Shown: in pieces, positions 60,112-64,000 of the stretch
Layout: each line of letters begins with the position of its first letter
Position numbering within the stretch: the first letter of the stretch is position 1
NCBI GenBank assembly: GCA_012838795.1
Contig: DUOO01000033.1
Coordinates: 64,058 to 128,057 of the forward strand
Direction: 5' to 3'
Source of the DNA: Clostridiaceae bacterium
Lineage (GTDB): Bacteria; Bacillota; Clostridia; Saccharofermentanales; DTU023
DNA: 64,000 nucleotides
Notes under the pieces: generated by a model
Told to the model about the DNA's origin: nothing
What the model saw: only the letters and a program-made list of their open reading frames with translations
The model's database searches: none
Position numbers and translations under genes: made by a program

Positions 60112-61716
60112 ATGAAGAAAATAGCAATTGTAGGCAGCAGCGGAGGGAATCTCTATTCTCAAGGCGGGAACAATCCGCAAAAGCTGTTGGGTGAAGTTCT
60201 GACTCAGGCAAAGGCAGCAGATTTCGAAGTTGCTTTTGTCGAATTTGTTGCGGCAACAACGTCTTTGGATAATATTAAAGAGGATTCTATCGTTAGTTTA
60301 TATACTTTGGATTCCAATGGTGAATTGATATTATACGAACAAGGTGAGTTATCGGCGATTAATGAAACGGTAAAAGAGTTAGATGCAAATTTAGCTGAAC
60401 AAATTGTAGCTCAAGAAATCGAAGGCTTGGTCGTTATCAGCGCTGATCCCAAGTCAAATAATCAAGCTTCTGCTGAAGCAGCAAAGAATGCACAAATTCC
60501 GGTTGCCGGTTCAGGCGGTTCGGCGATGGGCGTATATGAGCAAATGGGCTGTAATGTTGTATCTTCAACGGGAACGACAGGTACAACCGACAGGACAAGA
60601 GCGGTTGCTTATATTTCGGCCTTGGCCAAAGCTCATGATCATAAGTACAGAGCTGTTCTTACATCTTCTGCCAGTGCAAGTGCCGAGTCAACAACGGTAT
60701 GGCAAAGAATCAATGTGCGTGGAATCATGTTTGCTGCCTTGCCGGCGTTTATAGCTATGGCAATTATGATTGCTTTAGGACAGATTGGAAGTTTGAATTC
60801 CTGGATAGTCTCGGTAACAGGTAATGAATCAGCATCTTTTTCTGCCATCGGAAGTACAATTATCGGCTTATTGCCCGTCATTCTTGCTGCTATTGCAGCG
60901 AAACAAGTTTCAGGTTTTGATGAAGTCGGTGTGGTAGCAGGTATTATTGCCGGTGCTTTGTCTACTAACGGCGGCGTGATTGGCGGAATTATAACCGGTA
61001 TTCTGGCCGGTGTCATAGTTTATTACGTAGCTACTTGGGCTTTGAAAAACAGAGTTCCGGGAACTACCACCAATCTTTTATCCGGTGCATTGGGCGGTTT
61101 ATTGGCAGGTTTTGTCGGTATGTTCTTAATATCTCCGATTGCTGCATTCTTAGGTAATGGAATCAGAAATTTAATTGATCAAATTTTGGCATACAATTCG
61201 ATTCTTGCAGGTCTGGTAGCGGGTGCATTGATTTGGTTTGCTATTATGGGCGGTGTTTATCACGCAGCCATTCTGCCGATTGTTCTTATCGAGATGGAAG
61301 CAGCCGGTTTCAGTTTCCTTGGTGCCGTTGATTTAGTCTGCTTGGTTTGTGTATCGGCCGGCATTACTCTGGGAAATGTTATTTTGCCGAGAGAGAAAAG
61401 CGGCAGAACTGCTGCATTGCCCGGCTTTTTAGTTAACATTTTCTTCGGCACTTTTGTCGAGGCCGCATACCCCTATATGTTCGGAGACAAAAAGGTGCTC
61501 GGCGGAGCAATATTTGCCGGAGCAGTGGGCGGTGCATTAGTCGGTTTGTTTAATGTTAAAAGTACGGCTTATGTTCCTACATTTGTAGCACCTGGCTTAA
61601 CTAATGAAAAACCGATCCAATTAGTCATTGCGATGCTGGCAGCTGCTGTTGTTGCAATGCTCATCACAATTTGGGCAAATAAAACAGCTAAAAGTAAAGA
61701 GATAAGTGCGGAATAA
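60112..61716 (+). CDS. EIIC-like (fructose/mannitol-type) permease domain fused to an unrecognised ~190-aa N-terminal soluble domain
   Basis: The C-terminal ~340 aa is Gly-rich and polytopic, with GGVIGGIITGILAG and GGVYHAAILPIVLIEME segments reminiscent of PTS EIIC. The N-terminal KKIAIVGSSGGNLYSQGG...AGSGGSAMG...STGTTGTT domain is unknown to me. Confidence 0.5.
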   Translation: MKKIAIVGSSGGNLYSQGGNNPQKLLGEVLTQAKAADFEVAFVEFVAATTSLDNIKEDSIVSLYTLDSNGELILYEQGELSAINETVKELDANLAEQIVAQEIEGLVVISADPKSNNQASAEAAKNAQIPVAGSGGSAMGVYEQMGCNVVSSTGTTGTTDRTRAVAYISALAKAHDHKYRAVLTSSASASAESTTVWQRINVRGIMFAALPAFIAMAIMIALGQIGSLNSWIVSVTGNESASFSAIGSTIIGLLPVILAAIAAKQVSGFDEVGVVAGIIAGALSTNGGVIGGIITGILAGVIVYYVATWALKNRVPGTTTNLLSGALGGLLAGFVGMFLISPIAAFLGNGIRNLIDQILAYNSILAGLVAGALIWFAIMGGVYHAAILPIVLIEMEAAGFSFLGAVDLVCLVCVSAGITLGNVILPREKSGRTAALPGFLVNIFFGTFVEAAYPYMFGDKKVLGGAIFAGAVGGALVGLFNVKSTAYVPTFVAPGLTNEKPIQLVIAMLAAAVVAMLITIWANKTAKSKEISAE

Positions 61717-61742
61717 TAAATGAGTGAAATTCCGATCAGCAG

Positions 61743-61783
61743 GTAGTGATAGGTGCAGTTAATGTACTTATCACTACTTTTTT
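61743..61783. terminator. Terminator between convergent genes
   Basis: GTAGTGATA (61743-61751) pairs with TATCACTAC (61769-61777), followed by T6. Confidence 0.65.
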
Positions 61784-61799
61784 GTTTTAAAAAGTAACG

Positions 61800-62129
61800 T
61801 TAAAAAGCTAATAACATCAATGAAATTGCCACGATTCCGATGATCATTGAGATAAAGATATTTTTTGTTTTATATGCAATATAAAAGACAATTAAAGCAG
61901 GGATAAGCTTCAGATTCACCAGAGGATTAAAACTTAATTTATTTTCCCAGAAAACCAGATCAGAGAAAACCAAAGCGGAAAAGATGGTGACAGGAATAAA
62001 AGAAAGCCATTGAGTTACTTTAGATGAGATTTCTTTATTCTTGAAAAACAGCATCGGAATTACACGGGGAATAAAAGAAGCAATTGCAGCACCGAAAATT
62101 ATCAACCAGCGATCAGTTGTCATGTTCAC
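61800..62129 (-). CDS. azlD: AzlD-family branched-chain amino acid export protein
   Basis: 109-aa, 4-TM protein overlapping the stop of azlC, the canonical azlCD arrangement. Confidence 0.75.
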   Translation of the reverse strand: MNMTTDRWLIIFGAAIASFIPRVIPMLFFKNKEISSKVTQWLSFIPVTIFSALVFSDLVFWENKLSFNPLVNLKLIPALIVFYIAYKTKNIFISMIIGIVAISLMLLAF

Positions 62130-62838
62130 CTCTTATAGCATTTTGCTTACTTTGATTATTGTTAATTATAATAAAGCCGATTGTCGAAGCAATGACTGCA
62201 GCAATGACTAAAGAAATGCTATTTTTCAAAACCAATTTAAGGAGTATAGCCAATATTCCGGCGACGACGGCAACTATTAAATGCGTCTTGGATAAGACTT
62301 GCTCAACAAGCATGGCAATAAACATCGCAACTAAAACATAGTTGACAATAGTCAGAGGGATGTTTACATTTTGACCGATAAAGGTTCCGCACAAACTGCT
62401 GACAATCCAGGAAAAATGGGCAAGAATATTTGCAGACAATGCTTTGCTTGGTGTCCAATCGGGATTCGTCGTGAATTGCGTGATATTGGTTCCGAAAGTT
62501 TCGTCGACAATAGTTTGAGCAAATAATAAATAATAACCGATAGATTTGCCTTTAAGGTATTGTACTAAGCCTGAAGACATTAAGAGATGCCGCGAATTAA
62601 CAAAGAAAATTGTCACAATAATTGAGATAGGTGAACTGCCGGCAGATACTAATTGAGCAATCATAAATTGGCCGGCTCCGGCAAAGACTAAAAAACTCAT
62701 AATCATTACGCTGAAAGGTGAAAAGCCTGCTTTATCCAAAGCAATACCGCAAGCAAGTCCGAGCGGAATATAACTAAGCATCACATATACAATTTTTTTG
62801 AATCCGTCTAACCAATCTTTTCGCGACATATGTAACAT
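62113..62838 (-). CDS. azlC: AzlC-family branched-chain amino acid exporter permease
   Basis: 241 aa with SYIPLGLACGIAL and FLVFAGAGQFM motifs typical of AzlC. Confidence 0.8.
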   Translation of the reverse strand: MLHMSRKDWLDGFKKIVYVMLSYIPLGLACGIALDKAGFSPFSVMIMSFLVFAGAGQFMIAQLVSAGSSPISIIVTIFFVNSRHLLMSSGLVQYLKGKSIGYYLLFAQTIVDETFGTNITQFTTNPDWTPSKALSANILAHFSWIVSSLCGTFIGQNVNIPLTIVNYVLVAMFIAMLVEQVLSKTHLIVAVVAGILAILLKLVLKNSISLVIAAVIASTIGFIIINNNQSKQNAIRGEHDN

Positions 62839-63003
62839 ATCTATTTAATTTATTGCTAATTTATTCTAATCTTCTAAAATAATATTATAATCTTCTAAAT
62901 ATTAATTAATTTTTATACAAAAATATTTTTAAAATTACATTTCAAATTCAAATTATACCAAATTAATCCGAATAAGTTAGTACTGAAATAATATTTAAAG
63001 AAA

Positions 63004-63981
63004 TTAATTTATAAATTGTTTGACGGGATTCTTCTTTTGCGGACCGAGATATTCCGTTTTAATCAGTTCACCACAAGCTAAATAACGACCGGTCGAACTC
63101 CACCACATGTTATTTTCAACTTTACAACTTACCAGGACGACTTCATTATCAACTTCAGGTTCTTTTTCAAAGAGATATTCATATAGTTGGTAATCTTCGA
63201 TTTCGAGCATTTGATGCACTTTGTAATAATAACGAGTTTTAGTTTCCAACAAATCTATTGTAAATTCGTCGCCTACTTCTATCTCGTTTAATCGATTGAA
63301 AACTCTGCCATATTCATTAAACCAATGTCCGAAGATTAAAGCTCTGCCGGGTTCACCGATTTTTGCAGAATCCGGTGTGTGACCTGCTCCATATCTTAAA
63401 GCAATTAGTGAGTCATTATCGGCAATCGGTGTTGTTAATTCAATTTTGGGAATTCTTAAAGTTCCGATAAAATTAATAACAACATTTCCGTTTTCATCCA
63501 GAATCGGATCTTCAACTTCGATTCTTTCACCTCGTCCGAAATCTTCATATCCTTCACCGGGAACTTTATTTGCATTGGGATTGACTTTAATTGAAACAGA
63601 AGGAGTATCTTGTTCATTTTCTACATTAAGATCTTCAGTATCATCGACTGCAATTGATTCCAAAGCAGCTTCAACCTCAGCAACGGCTGATTGTTCAACT
63701 TTCAGTTGCCTTTTTGAACGCAATTTAGGCTCTAAGAAAAAGTATGCTGCACCAACTAAACAAGCAATTATAAGAATGTCTAATACGATAATAATCGGTT
63801 TTTTTCGCTTTTTCTTATTTTTGGAAGAAAACTTTGTTGCTTTCGCGGGTTCAGATTTATCCTGCTGAGCAGCAATTTTTGAAGAATCAGGCTTTTCCTG
63901 TGGTTTGGCTGTTTTGGACGAATTGGATGAATTTGACGGTTTTGAGTTATTCTGCAAATCAGATAAATTTTTTGAATTCAA
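63004..63981 (-). CDS. Sortase (membrane-anchored cysteine transpeptidase) with a long Ser/Lys-rich N-terminal region
   Basis: L.IPKIELTTPI...L.YGAGH...S.K.GEPG..LIFGH (catalytic His), VLVSC (TLxTC-like Cys) and a downstream GRYL Arg. TM at ~residues 63-85. TTG start near the window edge, so the start is uncertain. Confidence 0.7.
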   Translation of the reverse strand: MNSKNLSDLQNNSKPSNSSNSSKTAKPQEKPDSSKIAAQQDKSEPAKATKFSSKNKKKRKKPIIIVLDILIIACLVGAAYFFLEPKLRSKRQLKVEQSAVAEVEAALESIAVDDTEDLNVENEQDTPSVSIKVNPNANKVPGEGYEDFGRGERIEVEDPILDENGNVVINFIGTLRIPKIELTTPIADNDSLIALRYGAGHTPDSAKIGEPGRALIFGHWFNEYGRVFNRLNEIEVGDEFTIDLLETKTRYYYKVHQMLEIEDYQLYEYLFEKEPEVDNEVVLVSCKVENNMWWSSTGRYLACGELIKTEYLGPQKKNPVKQFIN

Positions 63982-64000
63982 TGAATTAACTGCATGAATA

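Noticed and set aside
62860-62900. Direct repeat TAATCTTCTAAA x2 upstream of azlC
   Set aside because: It is a short repeat in a very AT-rich spacer. Chance occurrence is plausible and there is no dyad symmetry.
63446-63868. 140-aa + strand ORF, and similar long antisense ORFs at 43829-44179, 45890-46249, 46971-47312 and 60639-61016
   Set aside because: All lie fully inside well-supported genes (sortase, ackA, der, typA, EIIC-like) on the opposite strand. They have Ser/Pro/Cys-rich low-information sequences and no RBS.
1-64000. Search by eye for CRISPR arrays, IS elements/transposases, integrases next to the tRNAs, prophage or toxin-antitoxin/defence genes
   Set aside because: None was found. 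There are no regularly spaced repeats and no recombinase-like ORFs. The tRNA pair is flanked by housekeeping genes, and all large ORFs have ordinary core functions.

Overview
This is a low-GC (Bacillota/Clostridia-like) core chromosomal segment, almost entirely housekeeping and densely packed on the + strand. It carries the classical Firmicute block acpP-rnc-smc-ftsY-ylxM-ffh-rpsP-KH-rimM-trmD-rplS-ylqF-rnhB. It also carries rnhA-nudF-ftsK-folD-cinA-recA-recX-rimO-pgsA, a GntR-cysteine desulfurase-thiI unit, glyA, rarA, tyrS, tmcAL, pta-ackA, rpmF, der, typA, mltG, a U32 peptidase, glgP, azlCD, a sortase and two tRNAs. I see no transposase, integrase, phage, CRISPR or recognisable defence genes, so most of the window is ordinary. 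The most unusual item is a roughly 360-nt spacer between ftsY and ylxM (20209-20570). It is GC-enriched, lacks a convincing ORF, and is built from three degenerate ~92-nt repeats that each keep a hairpin; I could not match it to any RNA family I know. Secondary items: an in-frame RNase HII-YraN fusion, an EIIC-like permease with an unrecognised ~190-aa N-terminal domain, a lipoprotein/ABC/701-aa membrane protein cluster, a short A24 peptidase plus degenerate CPBP pair, an ApbE/NusG-II/Gx-transporter module, and several palindromic candidate operators. All calls rest on motif recognition by eye, ORF structure and gene order; no searches were run.
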